A DNA stretch of 64,000 bases from a virus (taxonomy: Duplodnaviria; Caudoviricetes). Below are positions 56,175 to 64,000 of the stretch, piece after piece (the stretch's first letter is position 1; every line of letters begins with the position of its first letter). The DNA is taken from IMG/VR virus record IMGVR_UViG_3300042542_003367, positions 1,028 through 65,027 of that record. One strand, given 5' to 3'. The notes below the pieces were generated by a model. That model did not search any database, had not been told where the DNA came from, and was given only the letters and a program-made list of their open reading frames with translations. The translations under genes were made by a program, and so were the position numbers.

Positions 56175-58798
56175 GTATAACGACACCAAAGAACGCGTTC
56201 GTAAAATTAACATTATCAACTCTTAACGCTCTATATCAGTTGCGTCACGCTGGCGTAGGTATTTATCAGAGTGCCGATAAATCAGTGAAGTCTTTCCAGT
56301 ATTTAAAGAATAGTGTTCTTACCAATGGGATGTATCAGTTGCATTATCATTCCACAGACAAGAGTATTATTCTTGACCCTGACTACCTGAATAAATCAAA
56401 GCGCAAAGACATGTACGGCAGATGGGACTCTACTTATGGTTTATATGACGTTTCCTCTCCTAATCCTGAATGGTGCGGCTCTTGCTTGTGTAACGGCTTC
56501 ACAGAGAAAACAGACGGGCTGGAGTGGTACACAGCCACATCGGTAGAAGTTATCGACGCTGACAGTTCGTTCATCTACACACAGTTCGTATCCGACGAGT
56601 CCTACATCCATTTCAACAATTTAACCGACGGCGACTTCGACCACATCTTTCAACTGACTGTGGGCAAAAACGTAGACGTTGAGGGCAGTGGATACATGCT
56701 GGAATTTTCCGCCGTTGGCAAGCCTACTTTCTATGGTGAATATGACGCTCTGCTTGGCAAACGTCCGGTGTTGGGATACTATAAAATAACTGAGGAAGAA
56801 CTGTCGGAGTACCGCAAGGGCGGCGCAAGCCAGTGGGCTATTTACAGTGTGAACGGTGAAGTGGTCATCTTTTCAACCATACTCAATGAGCGATGGGTAA
56901 TACCGGGCGTTCGCACTATCCCGCAGGGTAAGATGGAAGTGAGTATCGGCGGTATTAATACAGCTTTTAATATGCAGAACATCACGTTCGCCACATCAGG
57001 TTATTTCATATCTGACTGGATAAACGTGCTGGACTGTGACTACGAGATACAGACAACAGACCCTGAGCAAACAGAGAGCGATACCCGCTTCGTTTATTAC
57101 CCGCAACTTAACCCGAATGGTGAATTTAAATTTAGCGTGTACGACTCAGAATTTCAGGTTGATTCTGACGGGAATACATTAAAAAACAGAATAAAGATAC
57201 GTGTGGATATGACAGGGGACGGTGTAACTACACCATTCCTGCGCGGGTGGCAATTCCTGCAACAGCCAGTATTCAGAGTCGTTAATGACCCACCGATAAC
57301 TATACAGGACTATATCGGCTCCGTTGTGCTGGATGATTATGTCGATGGTGCGAATATATCCATGAATAACGACATAGCTACTGACACGGTATCTATATCA
57401 TTGCAGAATGATAGCAAGCAAGTCACACACGCATTGTACAACGTGTTGTATGAAAAGCAGGAAGGCGATGACCCTGATTTGCCTGATTTCACGCCTGTAT
57501 TGTTGCATGGCAACCTGCTGGCAGTATTAACTTATGGATACGAGCAGTATACAGATGATGTGCGGGAAGTATTGCAGGAGAACGCGTTCATAGGGTACAT
57601 ACCCGCGTCACAAATATCCAGTAACTTAAACAGTGAGAAAATGACGTTCAATATCCGGTCGCTGGCATATCCATGTATGCAGAGTAGTTTGTATACTGCT
57701 CCATGTTTAACAGGCTTCGCCGTAATAGACGCTATAGCACTGATAGCAGTATGGGGCGGCATACATCCTGACTTCATACATCTGCATGAGATTAAGCCTA
57801 CCTACCCTGTGGATAATTTCAGTTATATAATGGACAGTATCGTCGGTATTGAATATACTGCGGGGAACGACACACGGACGCTATTTATCGCGGGTGACGA
57901 GTTTAATTTAGACAGCCCGATGTGGTTGTGTAATAACCAGAAAGCATGGGAAGTTATCTCGCGTATATGCGACAGATACGGATATTCAGTATGGGTAGAT
58001 GGCTCCGGCATATTTAATGTTCAGAAAATATCTGAACGTAAGCCGCTGGCGGGGCATGATAACTATTATAATTACGACTTGAAATGGGAAGATTATGAGG
58101 TAGAGTCCAAGGGTGCTTTACGTTCGCTGGAGATAACTCCTGTTGACAACGATATAACTAACGTCGTCGTCGGTGAGGGTAAAGACCAGAACGGCAAGAC
58201 ATTGCTGGCTATTTGTGCTTACAAAGATTCCGTAGAGCAAGTCAACTCCCGTCGGTATGTGGGTTACAAAATATCGTATCGTTTGCAGGATGATGAGATA
58301 ATTACTATGGACGATTTAAAGCGGGCGATACGTAATTACGCTGTCATTCATCAGCCCGGTCGTGTTACCATATCTGTAGAGGGTTTCTACGGCAATCTAT
58401 TCGGCTTAGTGCCGGGGGATATTATACAGGTCGCCGCTGATTACCCACAGATAATAGCATGGGATGAAAACGGTCAGCCTGTGGGAGACCCACAGTACTT
58501 CCATTTCTTTAGAATACGGACGATTACATACGACAGCCCGCAGGGAGTACCGCACTGGACATGCAAAGCCGAAGCTGAATTTGTAGACATAGCTAACCCG
58601 TGGGCTTTTAATATGATAGGCGCGAAGGCGGCACTGGGCGGTGTCCGCGCTATAGTTAATGCAATGCGACCGCTTAAAGCAGGTTTGCAGGATGACTTCG
58701 ATGGTCAGGTTGAAATAGTTCACCCTGACTGGCAATATTTTACAATCGGGCTATCTTTGTCCGGCGGTGCTGACAAAATAAAGCCTGATGGTGTATAA
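56162..58798 (+). CDS. Minor tail / baseplate hub-like protein
   Basis: 878 aa; WEVI..IC..YG...WVD.SG and L.PGDII hub-like patterns; position. Confidence 0.6.
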   Translation: MDSMSITTPKNAFVKLTLSTLNALYQLRHAGVGIYQSADKSVKSFQYLKNSVLTNGMYQLHYHSTDKSIILDPDYLNKSKRKDMYGRWDSTYGLYDVSSPNPEWCGSCLCNGFTEKTDGLEWYTATSVEVIDADSSFIYTQFVSDESYIHFNNLTDGDFDHIFQLTVGKNVDVEGSGYMLEFSAVGKPTFYGEYDALLGKRPVLGYYKITEEELSEYRKGGASQWAIYSVNGEVVIFSTILNERWVIPGVRTIPQGKMEVSIGGINTAFNMQNITFATSGYFISDWINVLDCDYEIQTTDPEQTESDTRFVYYPQLNPNGEFKFSVYDSEFQVDSDGNTLKNRIKIRVDMTGDGVTTPFLRGWQFLQQPVFRVVNDPPITIQDYIGSVVLDDYVDGANISMNNDIATDTVSISLQNDSKQVTHALYNVLYEKQEGDDPDLPDFTPVLLHGNLLAVLTYGYEQYTDDVREVLQENAFIGYIPASQISSNLNSEKMTFNIRSLAYPCMQSSLYTAPCLTGFAVIDAIALIAVWGGIHPDFIHLHEIKPTYPVDNFSYIMDSIVGIEYTAGNDTRTLFIAGDEFNLDSPMWLCNNQKAWEVISRICDRYGYSVWVDGSGIFNVQKISERKPLAGHDNYYNYDLKWEDYEVESKGALRSLEITPVDNDITNVVVGEGKDQNGKTLLAICAYKDSVEQVNSRRYVGYKISYRLQDDEIITMDDLKRAIRNYAVIHQPGRVTISVEGFYGNLFGLVPGDIIQVAADYPQIIAWDENGQPVGDPQYFHFFRIRTITYDSPQGVPHWTCKAEAEFVDIANPWAFNMIGAKAALGGVRAIVNAMRPLKAGLQDDFDGQVEIVHPDWQYFTIGLSLSGGADKIKPDGV

Positions 58799-58816
58799 TG
58801 CAAGTGGAGATATAAT

Positions 58817-59458
58817 ATGGGTACAGTATTAAGTTTATGGGACGGGAATAGCGGGTCATTTTCTAATGCGAAATTGACCGATTTACAAGTGCCGTCCACC
58901 GGAGAATGGAACGCTAAAATGTTTGATTCTCACCAGAACTTCTGGGAGAGATTCAATATTAACTTCTGTATATCGGTATCGGCTCCGACGCTGACGGCTA
59001 ACGGGTACGACATTCCTGCATATGAAGTTATCGCTGGCGGTTTTCGCGTTAAAGCTACCGTTACAGAGAGTCTGGCTGTGCCGTTTGCCAGTTTAGAAAC
59101 GGGTAAGAAATATCTCGCATACGTATCTCCGTCCGGTACTTTAGGTTACGCTGAATTGAGTACCTTACCTAACCTGAGCAGTAATCCTGCGCCGCTATTT
59201 GTTTTCAATATTGATAACACTGACATAGTGTATGTTAAGTTATTCGTAAAAGAGAACGCTATCGTCAACGGTAATCTGGTGACTGCTGGCGGCGGTGCTA
59301 CATATACAGCGGGAGATGCGATAGACTTAACTGATGATGTAGTCGATGTGTTATATGATAACAGTACGCTTAAACTTGATGAGTCTAATACGTTGTATGT
59401 TGACTTAGATGTTATATCTGCCGGAATAACTACTTTAGACGGGGGAGCGATAGAATAA
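58817..59458 (+). CDS. Minor tail protein
   Basis: YTAGDAIDL and terminal LDGG motifs. Confidence 0.6.
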   Translation: MGTVLSLWDGNSGSFSNAKLTDLQVPSTGEWNAKMFDSHQNFWERFNINFCISVSAPTLTANGYDIPAYEVIAGGFRVKATVTESLAVPFASLETGKKYLAYVSPSGTLGYAELSTLPNLSSNPAPLFVFNIDNTDIVYVKLFVKENAIVNGNLVTAGGGATYTAGDAIDLTDDVVDVLYDNSTLKLDESNTLYVDLDVISAGITTLDGGAIE

Positions 59459-59931
59459 TGGCAACTATACAAATAAAGCGCGGCACGACCGCTCAGATAG
59501 CCGGAATAACTCTCGCCTTGGGTGAGATGGCGATGGCGACAGATACTACTCCCCCTCGGTTATGGATTGGGACGGCGGGGGGTAACCAGATAGTTGGTGA
59601 AGTTTTAAAAGGCGCGGTATCGTCTAATATTCTGCTTAATTCTACTAACAACACCAGTGTCGTTACTTTTACACCGGGGGTTCAGGGTAACTATATGGTG
59701 GGGATATATTTCCGAGTAGTTACGGCGCAGACTAATTTAATTCTGAGTATAACATATACAGATGATGGTGGGGCGCAGACAAACATTGTGCTTAACAATC
59801 AGGCGTGTCCGGTGGGGCAATATTCTTGTATTCCGGTTTTTATTAATGCCAAGACAAATGCGATAACTGTGGTGGCTACTGCGGCGACGGCTAATCAGGT
59901 ATATGTATCTGCTTCAATCAGGGAGATGTAA
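59458..59931 (+). CDS. Tail fibre-related protein (Mtd-N/hyaluronidase-N-like start)
   Basis: MATIQIKRGT...LALGE.A.ATDT..LWIG. Confidence 0.7.
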   Translation: MATIQIKRGTTAQIAGITLALGEMAMATDTTPPRLWIGTAGGNQIVGEVLKGAVSSNILLNSTNNTSVVTFTPGVQGNYMVGIYFRVVTAQTNLILSITYTDDGGAQTNIVLNNQACPVGQYSCIPVFINAKTNAITVVATAATANQVYVSASIREM

Positions 59932-59933
59932 TT

Positions 59934-62399
59934 ATGGCGAAGTTAATAGTAGCGGGCGATGCGGTCGCTGGTGAGGTTATATCGGGTAAAAGATTCTCGG
60001 CGGGTATTAATTATGACGCTGAGGGTAATGTTATACTTCCGGCAGAAGATGATGTAAAAGACGGTGTGGGTTACGGCGCGGAAGGCACGGAATTTGAGGG
60101 GACTTATGGTGGCGGCACAGCAGATTATCCTGCCGTCGGTAAAGTCGTTGATGGGACTTTATTTGACAATGGTAATTTAGAAGGTACATTCGTTGTGCCG
60201 GACGAGTCCAAGGTTGAGAATGGTGTAAGTTACGGCGCGGATGGTACGGAATTTACAGGTACTTTCAGTGGTATACCTGCTAACGTAATCACACAGTTGG
60301 ACGATATTAATGGCGAAGTTATAGGCACAACTGTTTATGATAAAATGGACGCTATAGAAGCAGAGAAAGCGAATATATTAGCGGCTATGAATAGCGCGGG
60401 ATTTACCGCACATACAGATGATGACCTTGACACATACGCTCCATATATTGCGGTTGATGTTATTGATGCAACTCGCGGGGCGTTGGATACTATCGCTGGC
60501 GGCACTGCTCCTGACCCTGACGATTTACAACACTCAATATGGAATGTAAGCGACAAGATGGACGATGTACGCAATGAAGTAGCTAATATGTATGAAGTAG
60601 TATCTGTGCCAGATAACTTGACAGGTATAGCTTCTGAAATTGCAACAAGTAACACATCTTTGCTTACAGATTTAAATAGTAATCTCGGAAGTGTTCAGAC
60701 TGACATTAATGATGCTATGTCGCAATTAGACGCGGACAGGACGGCTATTCATGACGCTATAGAAGCAAAAGGGGTGACGGTAGACGCGGAGTTCGACGAT
60801 TACGCGGCGGCTATAGCGAACATATCCGGCGGTGGCGGTGCAACACCTACTCGCTCCACAGCAATCATACGTCCAGATAGCGACATGGTTCTCGGCGGTT
60901 TATCGCAATCCCCGGGGACGGGTAATCATTATGAGAAAGTCAATGAAGTAAATCCAGACGATAATACTGTGGTATATAAATATTATCTGAATAACGATTA
61001 TTATGATGTATTTGGTTTAGCGAATACAACTATACCGAGCGACAGTCTTATAGAGTCAATCATAGTAACAGTTCGCGTTGCTCAGGCAACGGGCGGCGAT
61101 ACTCACCGCGCTATTTTAAAGATTGGCGATACACTTTACAATGGTAACGCTGTCGGATTCGCAGGTGATACTACTTACCGCTCCTCGTCTTTCAAATGGG
61201 CTTTAAATCCGGCGACAGGTGCTTCGTGGACAGTATCAGATATTAATGCACTCGGCGCGGGTATACAATTTATTGGCAGTGGCGGCATCCAGTGGTGTTC
61301 ACAATTATACGTGACTATTACCTATACCGATATAGCCGTGGACGGCGCGAATACCACACAGACCGGAGCGCAAGCAGTTGTAGCGTATGACGATGGAAGT
61401 CTGGCGAAGGGTAACAGCTTCTTCGTTAAGGACAACGGCGATGGCACATTATCCATGCCGAATATCAACCGGATGATTGCGAAACCGATGAATATGATTG
61501 ATGGCGCAGATGCGGCAGTAAATGCGAGTAACACCGTGGTGTCGGCTTTCACATCTAACTATGGTACATTCGCTTTAGGCACTCTGTTCACCGTTGGTCA
61601 GATGGTCGGCGTTGACCCTGAGTTCGGTTCTTATGTCGGAGACTGGGACTATGGTAATACGCCATACTCACAGGGGGCTTACGCTAAAGACCCGTCAACC
61701 GGAGCGGTGTTTATATCTCTTATCGGCAGTAATTATGATACTCCGGCAGTTACGCCGCATGTAGACCCTGCATATCAGTCATGGCAGTTAGTGAAATCAC
61801 ATGCAAATATATACGTTTGCAAGACAGAGCATACATCTGCCGCTGAGCCGACCGCATGGGAATGGACACCGGGTATAAACTATTCAGTCGGTGACAAACG
61901 TACCTATAACGACGGCATGGGCGGGTTATATTGGGAATGTAACACGGCTTACCAGACACCTAACGGGGCATTTTACGAAGATACTGCATACTGGACAGAT
62001 ATTACTGCCGCGACCATAGCGGCGGCGTTCATCTCTGCTAATTGGCACGAAGTGACGAATATGGCGTGTCCGATGGCACTGGGTATACCAATAGCGCGAA
62101 AAGTTACTGACCATTGTACTTATGCCGACGGATTATCTTACGCCGGATACTCAGACTGGCGCATGGCGAATATACGCGAACTGATGGAAATGATGCACTT
62201 CGGCAATCCGGCAAGCGCGTCGCCGCTATACGGTATACCTGCTCTCGGTACAGGCAGTAAATCTATTCATAGTTCTACACCTGCGCCGGACGGTATAACA
62301 ACCAGAAACATGATTACTGATTTCGGTAGCATGTATCCGCTGTATCAGGGATACCGTGAAAACTGGGGATACACTATATTTGTGAGGGATATAGAATGA
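59934..62399 (+). CDS. Tail fibre/receptor-binding protein with DUF1566 (CLec-like) tip and CBM-like inserts
   Basis: DNGDGT...C....YAGYSDWRMANIREL...FVR; W.PG..Y.VGD...Y repeats. Confidence 0.7.
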   Translation: MAKLIVAGDAVAGEVISGKRFSAGINYDAEGNVILPAEDDVKDGVGYGAEGTEFEGTYGGGTADYPAVGKVVDGTLFDNGNLEGTFVVPDESKVENGVSYGADGTEFTGTFSGIPANVITQLDDINGEVIGTTVYDKMDAIEAEKANILAAMNSAGFTAHTDDDLDTYAPYIAVDVIDATRGALDTIAGGTAPDPDDLQHSIWNVSDKMDDVRNEVANMYEVVSVPDNLTGIASEIATSNTSLLTDLNSNLGSVQTDINDAMSQLDADRTAIHDAIEAKGVTVDAEFDDYAAAIANISGGGGATPTRSTAIIRPDSDMVLGGLSQSPGTGNHYEKVNEVNPDDNTVVYKYYLNNDYYDVFGLANTTIPSDSLIESIIVTVRVAQATGGDTHRAILKIGDTLYNGNAVGFAGDTTYRSSSFKWALNPATGASWTVSDINALGAGIQFIGSGGIQWCSQLYVTITYTDIAVDGANTTQTGAQAVVAYDDGSLAKGNSFFVKDNGDGTLSMPNINRMIAKPMNMIDGADAAVNASNTVVSAFTSNYGTFALGTLFTVGQMVGVDPEFGSYVGDWDYGNTPYSQGAYAKDPSTGAVFISLIGSNYDTPAVTPHVDPAYQSWQLVKSHANIYVCKTEHTSAAEPTAWEWTPGINYSVGDKRTYNDGMGGLYWECNTAYQTPNGAFYEDTAYWTDITAATIAAAFISANWHEVTNMACPMALGIPIARKVTDHCTYADGLSYAGYSDWRMANIRELMEMMHFGNPASASPLYGIPALGTGSKSIHSSTPAPDGITTRNMITDFGSMYPLYQGYRENWGYTIFVRDIE

Positions 62400-62528
62400 C
62401 AGACCGTGGTATAATAGAAGGCAGAGAAACGCCGGAAGATGATATTTATATACTCACCCCCCAAGGCGGGGTGGTATGGGCTGATAACGCAACAGATGCC
62501 GAAAAGGCAGAAGAGGAGATACGTCGAA

Positions 62529-62807
62529 ATGGCAATAAACAAAGCAATGACACTGACTGACCCGTTAGGTCACGAGATGCCTGTCAATTATCATGTGATA
62601 TTAAATATCAATAATGACATGCTGAACGAGAAGTCCACAGTTTATATCGGTTCGTATCATAGCAAAGAGCAGTATGAACTTAATCACCACTCGTTCGTAA
62701 AGCCGCCGATGCACTATACCTTCGACGGCGGTGACATGAATATCGCCGCCGCGCAAGATACTATAATAGATTTGCCTAATTGGGTGGATTCTACTATTGT
62801 AGATTAA
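62529..62807 (+). CDS. Small tail-fibre-associated protein
   Basis: Start at MAINK after GAGGAG. Confidence 0.55.
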   Translation: MAINKAMTLTDPLGHEMPVNYHVILNINNDMLNEKSTVYIGSYHSKEQYELNHHSFVKPPMHYTFDGGDMNIAAAQDTIIDLPNWVDSTIVD

Positions 62808-62852
62808 TGTGTTTTTGTTGTATAATCGTCACTGTAAAGGGGATACGCCATT

Positions 62853-63149
62853 ATGACACAGCAAAATCATGTAAGACGCAGGAGTTCTGATTTAGAAAGT
62901 CCAGAACATATTACCGCCGAATGGGTTTTACTGGCTATTAAAAACGCATTCGGAGAGCGTTCCTGTAGTGACGAGTGCAAAGAGGTCGCAGTATTAAAAC
63001 AGGAAGTTAAAGACAATAAGGAAATATTGTTAGAAATCAGAAGCGATGTCAAAGCGCAATCAAAAGCCAGCACCACTACCATGTGGGCTGTCATATTCGC
63101 AATGGCTGGATTTATAGGAACGTTAATTACCTTGTTATTAGGTAAGTAA
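62853..63149 (+). CDS. Holin/XhlA-like membrane protein
   Basis: Coiled coil plus a single C-terminal hydrophobic helix, upstream of the amidase. Confidence 0.6.
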   Translation: MTQQNHVRRRSSDLESPEHITAEWVLLAIKNAFGERSCSDECKEVAVLKQEVKDNKEILLEIRSDVKAQSKASTTTMWAVIFAMAGFIGTLITLLLGK

Positions 63150-63161
63150 GAGAGGTATTCA

Positions 63162-63671
63162 ATGGTTAAAGTAAACGGAACAGATATTATCATGGTTCCA
63201 TCAGAAAATCAGCGTCCACGCAAGGCAGGGCGCAAACCTCAGTACATAGTACTCCACGGCACAGAGGGTTCTTTCAACGGTGCAGTCAACTGGCTCTCCG
63301 GCAAGGGTGCTAACAAAGAGTCATCCGCACACTTCGTTGTATCGCGCAAAGGCGACATTGTTTCAATGGTAGACACATCACAATGCGCGTTTCACGCGGG
63401 CAAAGCAGAGTGGGAAGGTCATATTGATATTAACGACCGCTCCATCGGTATTGAAATGGAGAACATCTCCGCCAGACACCAGAATTATCCAGACGCACAG
63501 CTACAGGCTGTCGTTGCGCTGTGTGCGTTGTTATGCAGGAAGTGGAAGATACCAGCGGACTCACAGCATATCGTTACTCATAAAATGGTCTCCCCCGGGC
63601 GAAAATCCGACCCTGTGGGTTTCCCTTATGATATATTTCTTCAACATTTGAAGAAAGAAATGGGAGTATAA
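63162..63671 (+). CDS. N-acetylmuramoyl-L-alanine amidase (Amidase_2) endolysin
   Basis: IVLHGT, SAHF, AFHAG, NDRSIGIE, HKMVSPGRKSDP. Confidence 0.93.
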   Translation: MVKVNGTDIIMVPSENQRPRKAGRKPQYIVLHGTEGSFNGAVNWLSGKGANKESSAHFVVSRKGDIVSMVDTSQCAFHAGKAEWEGHIDINDRSIGIEMENISARHQNYPDAQLQAVVALCALLCRKWKIPADSQHIVTHKMVSPGRKSDPVGFPYDIFLQHLKKEMGV

Positions 63672-63673
63672 CA

Positions 63674-63955
63674 ATGAAAATACGTGACTTGTTTATTATA
63701 GTTAAGGAAGAATTTAAGCGGGTGAAATGCGTCAAGTGGACAGCAGAGCAGGTGCAGTTTCGTTATCCTATGATAATCAACTGGCTGATTACTCTGGACG
63801 CGGAAAAGATTTTAGGCAAAGGGAAGAAGTTCCCCACATCTCCTATCGGCGGGATACCTGACCGGATAGAGTTCGATATACATATCCTCTTCCGGCGAGT
63901 ACATGTGACCATTCTGGGCAAAGACATATACGAGTTTTTGCGCAAGGAGTTATAA
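63674..63955 (+). CDS. Hypothetical protein
   Basis: GGAG RBS; follows the amidase. Confidence 0.55.
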   Translation: MKIRDLFIIVKEEFKRVKCVKWTAEQVQFRYPMIINWLITLDAEKILGKGKKFPTSPIGGIPDRIEFDIHILFRRVHVTILGKDIYEFLRKEL

Positions 63956-64000
63956 TATGTCAGCAATCAAAAGAACTACATGCGGCGATACCACCACCGT

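Noticed and set aside
114-63966. Many opposite-strand ORFs in the track, and possible stop-codon reassignment
   Set aside because: They are shadows of well-supported genes; core genes are full length under the standard code, so no recoding is needed.

Overview
This window is a large part of a tailed dsDNA phage genome (siphovirus-like, HK97-type head), apparently using the standard genetic code. It has two divergent arms. The minus-strand arm (1-31882) carries early, replication and nucleotide-metabolism genes: DUF1599, MazG-like pyrophosphatase, TOPRIM protein, N6-adenine methyltransferase, VRR-NUC, YopX, an intein-containing UvrD helicase, RepB-type primase, SNF2 helicase, YhaM-like HD nuclease, SMC-like ATPase, a beta-clamp and many small ORFs. 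An AT-rich, largely palindromic ~1.4 kb gap separates the arms. The plus-strand arm (33466-64000) carries terminase, portal, protease, capsid, a glycosyltransferase, head-tail and tail genes, a 2527-aa tape measure, fibres, a holin candidate and an amidase. No integrase, repressor, DNA polymerase, reverse transcriptase or CRISPR array was recognised. The most novel-looking signals are non-coding: (1) a promoter-driven ~290-nt GNRA-rich structured RNA followed by a degenerate tRNA-like element (20633-20996); (2) a second structured intergenic element (4931-5159) sharing collinear motifs with it; (3) twelve near-consensus sigma70 promoters, most with an operator-like TCAATAC half-site in either orientation, six of them followed by a covarying hairpin abutting the ribosome-binding site. 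Protein-level oddities are an Ala1 intein with a GIY-YIG-like insert, a double glycosyltransferase fused to a head-protein-like domain, zinc-finger-like motifs in the tape measure, and a DUF1566/C-type-lectin fibre tip. All calls come from reading motifs by eye; no searches or folding programs were run.
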